From Chrysomallon squamiferum (lineage: Eukaryota > Animalia > Mollusca), in assembly GCA_012295275.1 (NCBI GenBank), contig CM022670.1, positions 11,222,001-11,286,000 on the forward strand: a DNA stretch of 64,000 nt, written 5' to 3'. The translations under genes and the position numbers were made by a program. Of the stretch, positions 25,301 to 38,300 are shown piece by piece (the stretch's first letter is position 1; each line of letters starts with the position of its first letter). Below the pieces are notes generated by a model. That model was not told the DNA's origin. It searched no databases and saw only the letters and a list, made by a program, of their open reading frames with translations.

Positions 25301-28300
25301 TTTTAAAGATTGATAAAGCTTAACAGTGTGTGTTAAAGATTGATAAAGCTTAACGGTGTGTTTTAAAGATTGATGAAGCTTAACTGTGTTTTAAAGATTG
25401 ATGAAGCATAACGGTGTGTTTTAAAGACTGATGAACAAAAAAATGTGTTTTATAGACTGAGAAGCATTACAATCTGTTTTAATACAGTATTACAAAGTGT
25501 GATGAAGCGTAACGGTGTGTTTTAAAAACGGATGAAGTCGAACATTGACTGGTAGACTGATAAAGCTTAACAGTGTTTTAAATAATGAAGCACGATGGTG
25601 TTTTTTAAATACTAATGAAGCCACATGCTGTGTTTTTACAACCAACAAAGCATAAGAATGTGTTTTAAATACTCGTGAAACGTAAGTGTTTTACATATCT
25701 GATGAAAAATGACAGTGTGTTGTAAAGATCAATGAAATGTGTGTGTTTTAAAGACCGATGAAGCATACTGTGATACAATCATACTTTTTTCTTTCAACAT
25801 GCGCAAGGTCTTTTCTTGCTCTCTGAGAAGTGCTGCTTGCTGTGCCTCAAGGGCGTCACTGGTTATGGGGCCTTGTGGGTACTGACGGAGAAACTCATGC
25901 CTGGAGTCTGTGTTTGCTAGAAGCACAGCACATATAAAGAACAACACAAATGAAGCTGTCGCAGAAGTTGAAATCAAACTTTACACAGACAAAGAGGCAC
26001 AAACAACAAAAAGTACATGCTTCAAAAATAATTAATTTACAGTTCACAATACATTAAATTATATTTTTTTTTTTAAATTCCAAAGCTGAATCATCTATTA
26101 AAATTAATCATTAAGTTAATTTTTAAAAATCTTCTATAAATTAAACTGGTAGTTTTTTAGGATTTTTCAAATGAATTCTGTTTCAGCTTGAAACATTTGA
26201 TAAATAAATGCTAAATAAAATATTTTCTTTTTCTCCCTTCTATTAATAAAAGAAAAAAACGTAGCCTAAAATTAAGTTATAATTTTTCTACAATTAAATA
26301 TACATCTATAAAACCATTCTGTCAAATATCACACTGACCCATATTAATAATTAACCTCTGATTAACGTCTGTAAAAACTTTACATAAACGGTGAAAGCTA
26401 GAGATAGTGCAAAGAAATTTTTAATTTATATCTTGACCTACGTTGCTTTAGTCTTTCAAAATCATGAAGAGCGGTTGGACTTGCATAGTCTGCGCCAGTT
26501 CCAGCTCGCTTCACGGAGACAGCGTCACGATTCCGAGCCATCTCAAACACATCCACGTTCTGTCGCCTGACAAACACATTCATTTCATTTAAAAACATTT
26601 CAAACAACTAACTGTTTTTCCAAAAATAACAACCACACTGTTTTCAGAATATCCAAATAAAATTAACTATTTTTCCAAATAAATAACAACCACAGTGGCA
26701 TAACTAGGGTAGGTTAGGAGAATATCCCCTGGTTGCCAATTTTATGATTTAAAAAAGGATTCAGTCCCATTATGTATAAGCAGTCAGTCAAACTTGTGAC
26801 AAGAAAAATACAGAACACAGAATTCAACAGAACTATTTCCTAGGACATTGTCAGTGTTAGAACTGACTTTATAGACAGCATTCTTATTTTATTTTTATAA
26901 TGGCTGTAAGTTTAATATTAAGATGATGGTGGATAAAAGAAAGAACATTTGTATTTTAGTTTTAAAAACAGTCAAATAAACAACAATAGTAATTTTAAAT
27001 TTTTTATTTCATCTACAGTGAAGCTGGATAATTCTACACATAACTTAAGATAATGTAATTGACAGAATTAAAACAGATAAATTCAGTTTGATGTTTCATC
27101 TAACTGTATTTTCTACAGCATGAAAAATGTATTTAACAGAAGAATGACATGAAGACTTACGTTGGAGCTGGAGGAGGTCTCTGGGCTAATCGTGGATCAA
27201 ATACATCTGGCTCCCTCTAAAATGAGAAATTAAAATATTAAAATTTAATTATTACAGATACAATGTTAAATTTTGATTAATAGTGGATTAGAATTTGTGC
27301 TCAACCAATTGCTTTTACTAAATGAGAAAAAGGAAGTTAAATATAATAATTTAATGTTGATTAAAAACTAATAATAAAAAAAGAAATATTTTGTTTCCTA
27401 TCTGTTGTCAAGATTTGTAAAGCAGAATACTGTCAAAATCAAGAAGTTATTTTTTTTATTTTATTTTATTTTTTTGATTTTATCAAACCCTGTGACATTT
27501 TTGTAACATGAAATATGTTATTAATTTATTAGCATTGAAGTTTAAATATGTTAGTATATTCATACCTCATTCTGATCTAACATTGTCTCCACTCTGTTTC
27601 TCTCTGCCTGTAACTGAGACTTGAGCTGAGCTAAATGATTCAGCACATCAGCACCTGATAAAACAGCACATCAAGTTTACATGAAGATGTAAATAAAACA
27701 TTGAATTTTTAATTATATGTCAAATTTCACAATAAAAATATATTCATTTAGCATTTTTACTTAAACAAAAAGCTTCATATCAAGAGATTAAAAACACAGA
27801 AATTTAGAAATTCTAAAACAAATGAAAAGCTTCATCCTAACGGATAAAGAAAAAATAAGAATACTAATGGGGATAATAATACAAATATTACATTTTTAGA
27901 TAAATGTGAAGTTCATACAAGTGGGTTAGTATAACAACATTTAGAATTTCTGACTAAATGTAAATCTTCATATTAATGGGTAGAAACATCCAGGTAATGA
28001 ATTAATTTTAATGATGGATGTGAAAATTAAATAATTTTATTTACTGAAGCATTAATTATAGTTTGTTTACAGGTTTATAATCTAGAGAAAAGAATAACAA
28101 AAATGGAACTATACCTTCTTTCAAATACATAATAAATAAATCAAGGTTCAGCAAAAACAATTATTCAACAGTCTTTTATTATTTCATTTTTTGTTTCTTT
28201 AAACAAATTTTCAAGGCTTTTTTGTTTCAGTTAATGGAATGATGACTGATCACATGAAGTAACAGGCCATCACTCATTTTCCAGGATAGGATTATTCAAA

Positions 28301-31300
28301 TCACGCCAGCCAAACTGACTTTACAGACAGCATCATTATTATTAACACCTTAGAATTTTTGTCTGAATATAATTTAAACTTACTCTGAGCTCTGTAAGAC
28401 TGTGTATTTGACTGAAACAGATAACCATTAAAAAATACATTAATCACACCTCAGAAAATCTGACATTTTTTTTTTTACCTTCTTACTATAAGAAACAAGA
28501 AATTAAATATTAAAAATTAAAAAAGAAAAAAAGAATCAAGAAATTTGAAATTTGTTTAAAAAAATGATGTTTAAAGATTCTTATGGTTACTGCAATCAGT
28601 TAACTAACATCTGTAATACATTAAAAAAAAAAAGTTAAAGAAAATATAAAAAATTAAAAATTCTTAAGGAATATACTGACCAGCAAATAACAAAATGCTA
28701 AGTTTAAATATTACACACCTGAGGTCTGCTGCGTGGTGGAGTACGATCAATCTACAATGATTAAAAGTATAACCATAAAACAAACTATTTCAAATTCAAA
28801 GGCAATTCAAAGGCAAACTATTTTAATAGTAAAAACAAATTACTTTTTTCATATTTAGTTCTATAAACTAGATTTGCAACTTTAAGAGATATGGATATGA
28901 ATATATATAAACATGAATGAGAATGCAAGAAATTTAGATATACAAGAGAAAAAGGTATGGCATAAACCCACCCTCAAAACCCCCAGTAATAATAATAATA
29001 ATAATTATATATATATATATATATATAAAATTTAAATTTACCAATGATGAAATAATGAAAATGCACAATGTTTTTTCTATTTTGAAAACAATTATGGTAA
29101 TGATCAAAACTTTTTGTTAGAATAAAAAAGCAGCAGATATATATGCAGAAATGCAAATGTTAGCACAAAAATATTATTGTTTTGACACCAACACACAAGA
29201 CAAAAATGTTAAAACTATTAGAGATATCTAAAAAGATGAGTCAAAATTATAATTTACTAGTTAGAAAATATGGCTTTGTTATGGTCAGGCATAATTAAAT
29301 TCAGGTTATCAACAATTTGAGTCTACATCTATAACAAGCCATCATGTTTACCATCTGCAACATGGTAAAGGTAATACACAGGTTTTAGAAGACTGTCCAA
29401 AAAAAAAATTTTGTGAATGTAAAACTTTTTTCTTCAAATAAATCAGTATTCAAATTTAAAGATAATTTAAGGAAAATATGCTGTAATGTATTTTTCTTTG
29501 TTTCTCTTTTTTTTCCTCTATCCTTAATTTATTGTTCTTCATGTTATAATGTATTTAAAAATTTCATTTACATCCACATACACACACGCACACATGTACA
29601 CGTACACATGTACACACACACACACACTTTAATTCACAACTAACATTTAAGAAATCAATACTGGACTTGTATTTAACTGCTTATTAATTTATTTGTTTAA
29701 AAAGCAAGATACTAGCTTTATTTCCACTCGGAGATTCTTTAGGCTCAACCTGTTTCTTGACTGCTGGAACAGGAGGAGATGGAGGAGGTTTGTAGGAGTC
29801 TGACGTCTGAAATAAAAATACCTCCAGAGAGACACGAAGGCATCGGAAATGAGAGACTACCAGACAGAACATGACAGAACACAGAGTACAAATCAGTTAA
29901 AACCACAACAGCAAGTAACAAGTCTATGTCATCTCTTAGATGATATTTTCAGTACATGCTCTTCTATTCAGATGATTATATTTTACAGGCATTTCTGTTC
30001 AGGTAAACTTGCAGGTTAGACATAGGCCTTGACAAATACATTTTTGTTAGTGTAGTCTGTAGTTGTTCAGAAAACATCAAAAGAATACAAATATAAAATA
30101 TGTTAGAATCCTATTTCAGTGTGTAAAATATGCTATGCACTGATTTTCAGTGTTAATTTTTTATTAATTTATTTCATTATTATTTATCTTTTTATTATTA
30201 TCTGTTGTTGTTTTGTTTTTGTTTTTTTTATTTTCAGTTAAAACAGCAAAGTTTTATTATTAAATGTCTCAAACTGTTTGCATGAATTAAATGAAAATGA
30301 AATCTTGAAGATATTTACTTTTGTCAAGGCTGTGATCAAAACTGCAAGATTACCGCCTATTCTATTGCCCAAGTTAGTATCTCATTGCAATATAAACAAT
30401 TCCATTCCTTTCTTAATAAATATTTTCATAACACTGTTACTAACAATATTTAGAATAAAAAAATAAAGACAATGAGACTATTTAACAATTTTTCAGATTA
30501 GTTTTTTTTAACACCCACATGTACATACATTTGTAGTTGTGTGTAATTTTAACTGACATGATGGACAGCAATTATTAGTCATGAAATGGAAATATCACAC
30601 ATGTTAAGACAATACTGACATGAATATAACAATAAATACAATAATAACAAAGTGGTTTGTTAGAAAATAATCACAAAAATTATGTTTATGACAATATTGA
30701 TATGAAAAACAAATATATAAAGATACAAAGCAGCTATTACTAGACATGATATAGAAAGATTATATATATCATAGCTATAATTGCTATAAACTGTATTTGT
30801 AATAAATATTAGTATTTAGGAACTACACTAACAGCAGCTTTTGTCTTTACAGCAGGTACTGGTGGTGATGCTGGAGGCTTGGGCTGCTTCGAGGCCTGAA
30901 ACAAAGAAAAGCCTGGCTACATGAGACTAGTGTTATCATAGTCTAGCACAAAGACCAGAAAACAAATGAAAAAAAAGAAAAAAAAAAGTAAAGCAGCTGT
31001 AAAGTTTAAACCGTCAAAAGAAAAACCAAACTGCTACGTCTGATGAAATGAGTAATTATGATAAGAATATATTTTTTAATGATGTGAAAATTAAACTCAG
31101 ACTGATTATTAATATAAGTTACAGTTTTTTTTGAAGGAATATTTATTTGTGTATTTTATTTGAGAAACATTTTTATTATAACTGTTAAACCTGGTTAAAA
31201 AATATTATGAAAGAACCAAACATACAATACATTTTTGTTTTTTTTAGTCTTTTTCTTTTTGAGCAAATAGATAATTTAAATCATGAAATAAAAATAATGA

Positions 31301-34300
31301 ATACAAAACAAAACTGAAGGTTTGTACACAACATTAGTTGATAAATAGAACAACTTTCAGTGGAGTATCTGTTACAAATAAGTAATATTATTTACTCAAT
31401 GCTACAGACAATTTAATTGAATGAATATATATTGTAAATATTCAGGAAGGTTTTACTTGCAAATACAGGCAACTCACAAGCCATTATCTACATTAGAGCA
31501 TAGGCACCTCTCCAGTATGTATCATTTAGTGTGTATATTAAACAAAATCCTTTGAATCACTATCAATTTGTTCAGTTTGGGCTTTTTAAAACTGTTTTTG
31601 ACAGGTAAGTACAACATCTGGGAAACCAGGTGTGTGTAAATGTTTATATGTTTGGAAAAATACACAGTAACAATTCTCAATTTAATATAAATCAGTCATT
31701 AAATGAAAGTTTCTGACGAGAAATGCATTGTGAAATAACAAGGTATCATCAGTTTAAATGACAACATTACTCTTATACACAAAACTTTATGAAATTCATG
31801 AAATGTATTTTGACTCTTATACTACATGAAACTGAATGGCTGTTAAAAGCTTCAGCAAAACAAACTCTGAACTAGCTGATACTGATTTGATTTTTGTCTA
31901 CTCACAGCTTCTCTCTCCATCCGTTCTTGTTCCATCTGTCTCAGGTGATCCTGGTGACGTTCGTCTTCTTCTTTCTTTTTTCTCTCTATCTCTCGTCTCC
32001 GCTCTTCTGCCATGCGAGCATGCTCTTCCTGCTGCCGTCGTGCCTGAAGTTGTAAAAACTTTCTCAGTTACACAGTCTTCACAAGATGAAAAAAAAAGTA
32101 GCTGATTTGAATAATTAAGTAATTTAGCGCATTAGCTGTTGTTTTAAAAATCATTAAATTACAACAATTTATTTCAAGACATATCAACTTCTATCAAAAT
32201 GAGGCATGTATAAAATGAAACATTTATAAATATTTTTGAAATATATTTATATATACAAGGTATGTATATAATAAAGGCAAAAATCAGCATTATTGCAGAA
32301 GTCATTTAATTTTATAGGCATACTAAAAATTCTGCAAATATAAAAAAAAAGAAAGAATTTTAACAAAATATGACTGATATCCAATAACTGGTGGCCTGTT
32401 GAGCTGGACGGTGATTAAGCCAACAGCAAACTTCCTCTGTGTGTTCTTTCCTTTCCCAGTTTTTCAAAGATATAATCAGAAATGAAACATGATAACATTC
32501 ACAAACTAATGACTGTTATTTATAATGAAAAATGAAACATGGTAAGAGTCACAAACTAATGACTGTTATTTATAATCAGAAATTAAACATGGTAACAGTG
32601 ACAAACTAATGACTGTTATTTATAATCAGAAATGAAACATGGTAAGAGTCACAAACTAATGACTGTTATATCCAGTGATGTGTAACACTCACTAGCTCCT
32701 CCTTCTCGCGGATTCGTCGTCGCTCCTCTTCGACCTCCATCTGCATCCTGCGTCTCTCTTCCTCTATCCTCCGCTCTTCAATCTGCTCCTCCATCCTCTC
32801 CCTCTCCTTCTCCATCATCTTCTGCATCTTCTTCTCCTCAATCTGACATAAATTACTTATTATTGAGAATGAATCCCATGTTAATTTCATTTATTCTGTC
32901 TTTATTCCACTCTGTTAAGAGAGGTAATATTACACACAAACACACACACACATTTTATTTTTTTAATTGTTTAAGACTGTATATGTGATAATAACTGATT
33001 AGGTTATTTTGATAAGCATAAGATGCCAAAAATGTATTTAATTCATTCCTATTTTCAATTATCAGACATGATGTATTGTTTCCATTTTAAAAAGAAACAT
33101 ATAGTTACAACAGAAGTATTAAAGTTAATATTTTTTCAATTTTATTTACATAAAGTGAGGTAATAAATAAAAAAAAGCCTAAAAATTATGTTAAAAAAAC
33201 GAAAATAATGTAAATATGTCAACAGAAACATCTGTCTTGTAAGTAAAGATGTGAAGAATATGAATGATAGTTATATGATTTCCTTGTGGTTACCTTATGT
33301 ATTTATTAAATATTTTAGCATATTTGGACTTTTCCTTGTCCTTGTTATATTATTACCTGTCTCTGAAGATCATCTTTATACCGATCAGCCTCAGATTTCT
33401 CTGCTTCAGTCTGTAACACAAATAAAACAATTTGTGAATTAAAAATTGTATCATAAAAATAAAATGAATGCTGTTTGCAACTATTCATTATACAAAACAT
33501 TATTAAATTATGAAAGAATATGCAAAGAATTTTATTAATCATCAATTCAGTACATTTTAAACCTTTAATTACCAACTAATTTTATCAATGACGATTCAAA
33601 AGTCAATCACATACAAAATGTTATTAAACTTTCAAAGAATATTAAAACTTTTTTTTATTAATCATCTCTATTCTGGATATTTTATATCATCAATTACTGA
33701 TTAATTTTGATTAATGATGATTGAAAAGTATTTATGCAATCATTACATAAAACATAATTAAAATAACAAATGAATATAATGATGATTTATTAAATAGGCA
33801 TATTTTTAATCTATTGAGGACTCGTGATGATTACATCTAAACTACATCCACTACTCTGTAAATTTGCCCAGAAGCGTCTACAAATGGTTTTTAATCACCT
33901 TTGGCTGTCCGAATATTCCGTGTCCACCCCGAGCATGTGTCACCTCACCCAGTGCTGTGGTTTGTTTGGGCGGAGTTTTGATTTTGTCATCGCGAGGAGA
34001 CGGGGGTCTCGCTGACGTGTAGCCGGCATTCCACTTTCTTGGCGATTCGTAACCTGCCACATTTCCTCGTGAGTTGTCTTTCAGAACTGTTCTTAAATCA
34101 GCTGTTAAAAATAAAAATAAAAATATGATTTACAAAGGATTCATGTGGTATCTTTATTATCATAATTGTTTTATTTATTTGTCTTAAAAAAAAAAAAAAT
34201 TTTTTTTTTTTTTTTTATCATTAAGGTATAAAATTTGATAGTGTAAAGTATTTGTTTTTACCAATATTATTTTCTACACTTTAAATATATCTGATAAAGT

Positions 34301-34694
34301 ATATCATGTTTGATTTTAATAAATAAAAATAAATAAAATAAATAAAAATAATAATAATAATAATAATGATAAATATAATAACAATACATAATAAATATAA
34401 CAATAATAAATATAATAACAATGATAACAACAACAACAACAACAACAGCAGCAGCAACAATAATAATAAATACTAAAGTCATTATCTTCAAGTAGTGGTG
34501 AGGAAGAGAAAAGCAGATAATTAAACACGAGTTCCTCACCTACGACGTTTCCACGGTTATCTCTCATTGGGGCTCCTCCTCCACCTTTACCAAACGGGTT
34601 GTAATTCTTAGCTTCTTCCTCAAACTTCCTGTCATACCTGAAACCAACAAACACAGTCAAAAATTTGTTATCTATCCATTGTATTTAACAAAAA

Positions 34695-34725
<31 letters not shown>

Positions 34726-35289
34726 AAAAAAAGAAAGAAAAGAATATTTTAAATGAAAATATCAATTAAGCTGAATGTGAAAAAAAATTAAAATAATAAT
34801 AATAATAATAAAAACAAACAAATAAAAAAAATAAAACCAAAAAACAATATAATATACCATAAAGTAATATAATGTAATGCCATGAAAATTAATGAAAACA
34901 GAGAAATTAAAACTAAAATAAACAAACATTTCTTTCTCTAGTTTTTCCTGTTCCTTCTTTCTTCTGACTTCTTCCATCTTAAAAAAACAACAGCAAAAAA
35001 AACAGTTAAAAAAAACCTTGTGTACAAACATTACCAGGCTGATATACACAAAAATAATCTTCTCCAGTGCACATCACTATTTTAATTATCCAAACAAATA
35101 TAAATTAGAAATAAATGATTAAAACTAAAAAATGACTTTCAGGTAATAATTTTTTTGAAAAACACTAATTAGTTTTAAAATTAAAGAAATAGTAGATCAC
35201 ATGGTCCTGTATTAGATTTATTTATAAATGAATTATTTGCAAATTATATTTTGTTACTCCTCTCTATATTTTATATTATAACATATATA

Positions 35290-35323
<34 letters not shown>

Positions 35324-38300
35324 GACACATACAAATATCTATCTATATATATATATATATATATAAAATATTCTGTTATGAACATGATTATAAATATATA
35401 AGTAATGATGTTGATGATGATAATAGTAGTAGTAGTAGTAGTAGTAGTAGTATAATAAAAAATAAAACACACTTGTTTTCTGAGTTCTGCTTGGTACTGT
35501 TGCTGTTTTGCTTTTTTGGAATCATTTTCATTGGAACTGTCAGGTAATGGTCCAACTGCACCACCACCTCCACCTCCCCCACCACCACCACCAATAAAAT
35601 TTCCACCATCCCTGCAAAGAAGAAATTACAATAACAAACAAAACAATAATTATAACTAATGTTATTTGCTTTGAAGACATTCAGGTATTCTGCCCATCAG
35701 ATTAAATGTATACCTGTTATCAAATCTAACATATTAAATGTACACCTGTTATCAAATCTAACTGATGAAATGTATACCTGTTATCAAATCTAACAGATTA
35801 AATGTACACCTGTTATCAAATCTAACTGATGAAATGTATACCTGTTATCAAATCTAACTGATGAAATGTATACCTGTTATCAAATCTAACAGATTAAATG
35901 TATACCTGTTATCAAATCTAACTGATGAAATGTATACCTGTTATCAAATCTAACAGATTATGTGTACATCTGTTATCAAATCTAACTGATTAAATGTATA
36001 CCTGTTAACAAATCTAACAGATTAAAGGTATACCTGTTATCAAATCTAACAGATTAAAGGTATACCTGTTATCAAATCTAACTGATTAAACGTATACCTG
36101 TTATCAAATCTAACTGATTAAACGTATACCTGTTATCAAATCTAACTCTGGATGGTGCAGCTGCTGATGCCATAGGAACTGGAGCTGCCTGTGCATAAGC
36201 AGCAGGTTGTGCAGTCACACTAGGTGCTGAAACATACATCATAATTATTTTAATTAGCGTTTCCATCTATTAATTCATGCAAATATTTTGTAAAATTCTT
36301 ACTCAACTATCCCTGTAAGTTAATTTTTTTAATGTATTTTTGTTTTATAAACTGAAGCATTTATTTCAAGATTTTTTTTTTTTTTTTTATCATATATTTC
36401 CGTTTCTTTAACTGTGATTTCAGAGAAAAGGAGGTAGGTATATCATTACTGTGGTGTGTACAACAAGTTTCAAAAGTGTTTCAGCCAGAGTTTGTGAGCA
36501 TGTGGTGTTCCCTGTCTTACGTGTACAAACCTGCAATGTCAGCACTGAGGGGGTGCATGCTACCAAGATAGTGATACTGTTCATCAAGAGAAGTGTAGCC
36601 TGTCCCACCTGACAGATATGGTCTGCAAATACACATCCAGTTATATGTCACATTTCTATTATATACATATTTTGTTTCTTTAATATTATTAGACAAATTC
36701 AATTTGACTGAACTAAATAAATACTGTTAATTTATTCAAGATATAACTGATGATTATCCACTGACATCTAGTTTTAATTTTTTTTTTTCTCTCTCATTTT
36801 TTAAAAATATGCTGACACAACACAAGTTCAGTCATATATTTTAAATTAAGACATTACATATTACATGAAATGTAAGCAGAAATAAATCTAGCCAATTTTA
36901 AACTGAAATAAAAGAATAATGAAGTAAATTAATATTAAAACTGAACTCACGATGGTTCGTATTTGAGCTGTGGAGGTGGTTGGACAGAAAGATGTTTTGG
37001 TGGCTCCAGCAGTGCATCAAAGCCTCTCTCTAAAATACCACCATCAGGCTCTGAGTGCAAACCTCGGTCTTTCCTCAAGCCATAGTTCAACTTTAATGGC
37101 TTGTCAAGTTCTTTCAGTTTCTCAAGATCTGCATCGTTTGTGTATTTTCTCCGACCAAGAACATATTCTGAGCGTGGACTAAAGAAACATACAAAAATTA
37201 AAAAGGCATTGAGTTGTTTTTTTTCAGATTTAGTAAGACTACAGGAAGAAAAACTACACTAAACAGAAATCTGAAAAGTTAAGTTTTATCTATTATTTTT
37301 ATTATATAAATATATATATATTATTGTTTTGAAACAGCTCTGCGCTTAGTACTAACAGAAACAGATAGTGGTAGAATATTAGATGTTATTTCCAAGAAAG
37401 AAATTACTTAATTTTCAAAATTTACCTAAATACACAGTCAAATAACATAATTTTTTTAGCTGAAACAAAAATGTAATGAATATTTTTTTAAACAGTCTAC
37501 CTTATTTGATCATAGTTGGCCAGCCTGGACGAGTAAACAACATCACTGAATGGATACTGCTGTCCCACGACAACTGCTGGTTGTGCTGGGGGAGGCTGTG
37601 CTGGAGGGGGAGCCGACTGGCTGGTTTCTCGATACTGGCTGTACTGGTTGTTTCTTTTCACTGGATCATTTACTGCAGATGCACTTATCTGAAGGTCCTC
37701 GTTCCTTTCCCTGTCACAGTAATTAGAATTAAAAAAATGTAAATTATTTAGTTCTGAAACCAATGTGCTTTAATTTCAAAGTAATCACAATTAAAATTAA
37801 AAAAAAGTCAGTTATTTAATTCTGAAACCAACATATATTAATTTGGCAATAAATTGAAATAAAAAAAGAGTAAATTATTCAATTGTGAAACATGTTAATT
37901 TTAAGTAATTAGAATAAAATAAAATGTGTATTGTTTAATTGTTAAACAACTTAAAACAAATGCATCATACAGGTGAGTACTGGATCAGTATAAATATTTA
38001 GGTACTTGCACACATTTTAAATATTATTCTCCTTATAATTACTTTGTCACGTAGTTATTTATAAAAATATTCAACCTTTCTCTCTAGGCACTGATAAAAA
38101 ATATATCTAACCGTCTTTTCATTTCTTGCGTTTCTTTCATCTGTTTTTCCAGTTCCATCCTGTACTGTTCCTTTTGTCTCTGCACAGCACTAGCTTGTCG
38201 GTCACGACCTACAACAACAATTAAAATCTCTTCGGTTTATTTAATTTCTTTCTTTTTTATTTCAATATCTCTTTGCTTTTCCTTTTGTGCAATGAACAAA

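Noticed and set aside
26692-26740. CAGTGGCATAACTAGG, resembling a DNA-transposon/MITE terminus
   Set aside because: No matching second TIR or TSD found nearby.
32396-32427. Short hairpin CTGTTG(A)GCT...AGCCAACAG in a CSPP1 intron, considered as snoRNA/miRNA
   Set aside because: Stem is only about 9 bp, with no C/D or H/ACA box arrangement.
35697-36146. Regular 32-bp periodicity suggestive of a CRISPR array
   Set aside because: Units are head-to-tail with no unique spacers, there are no cas genes, and the context is a spliceosomal intron.
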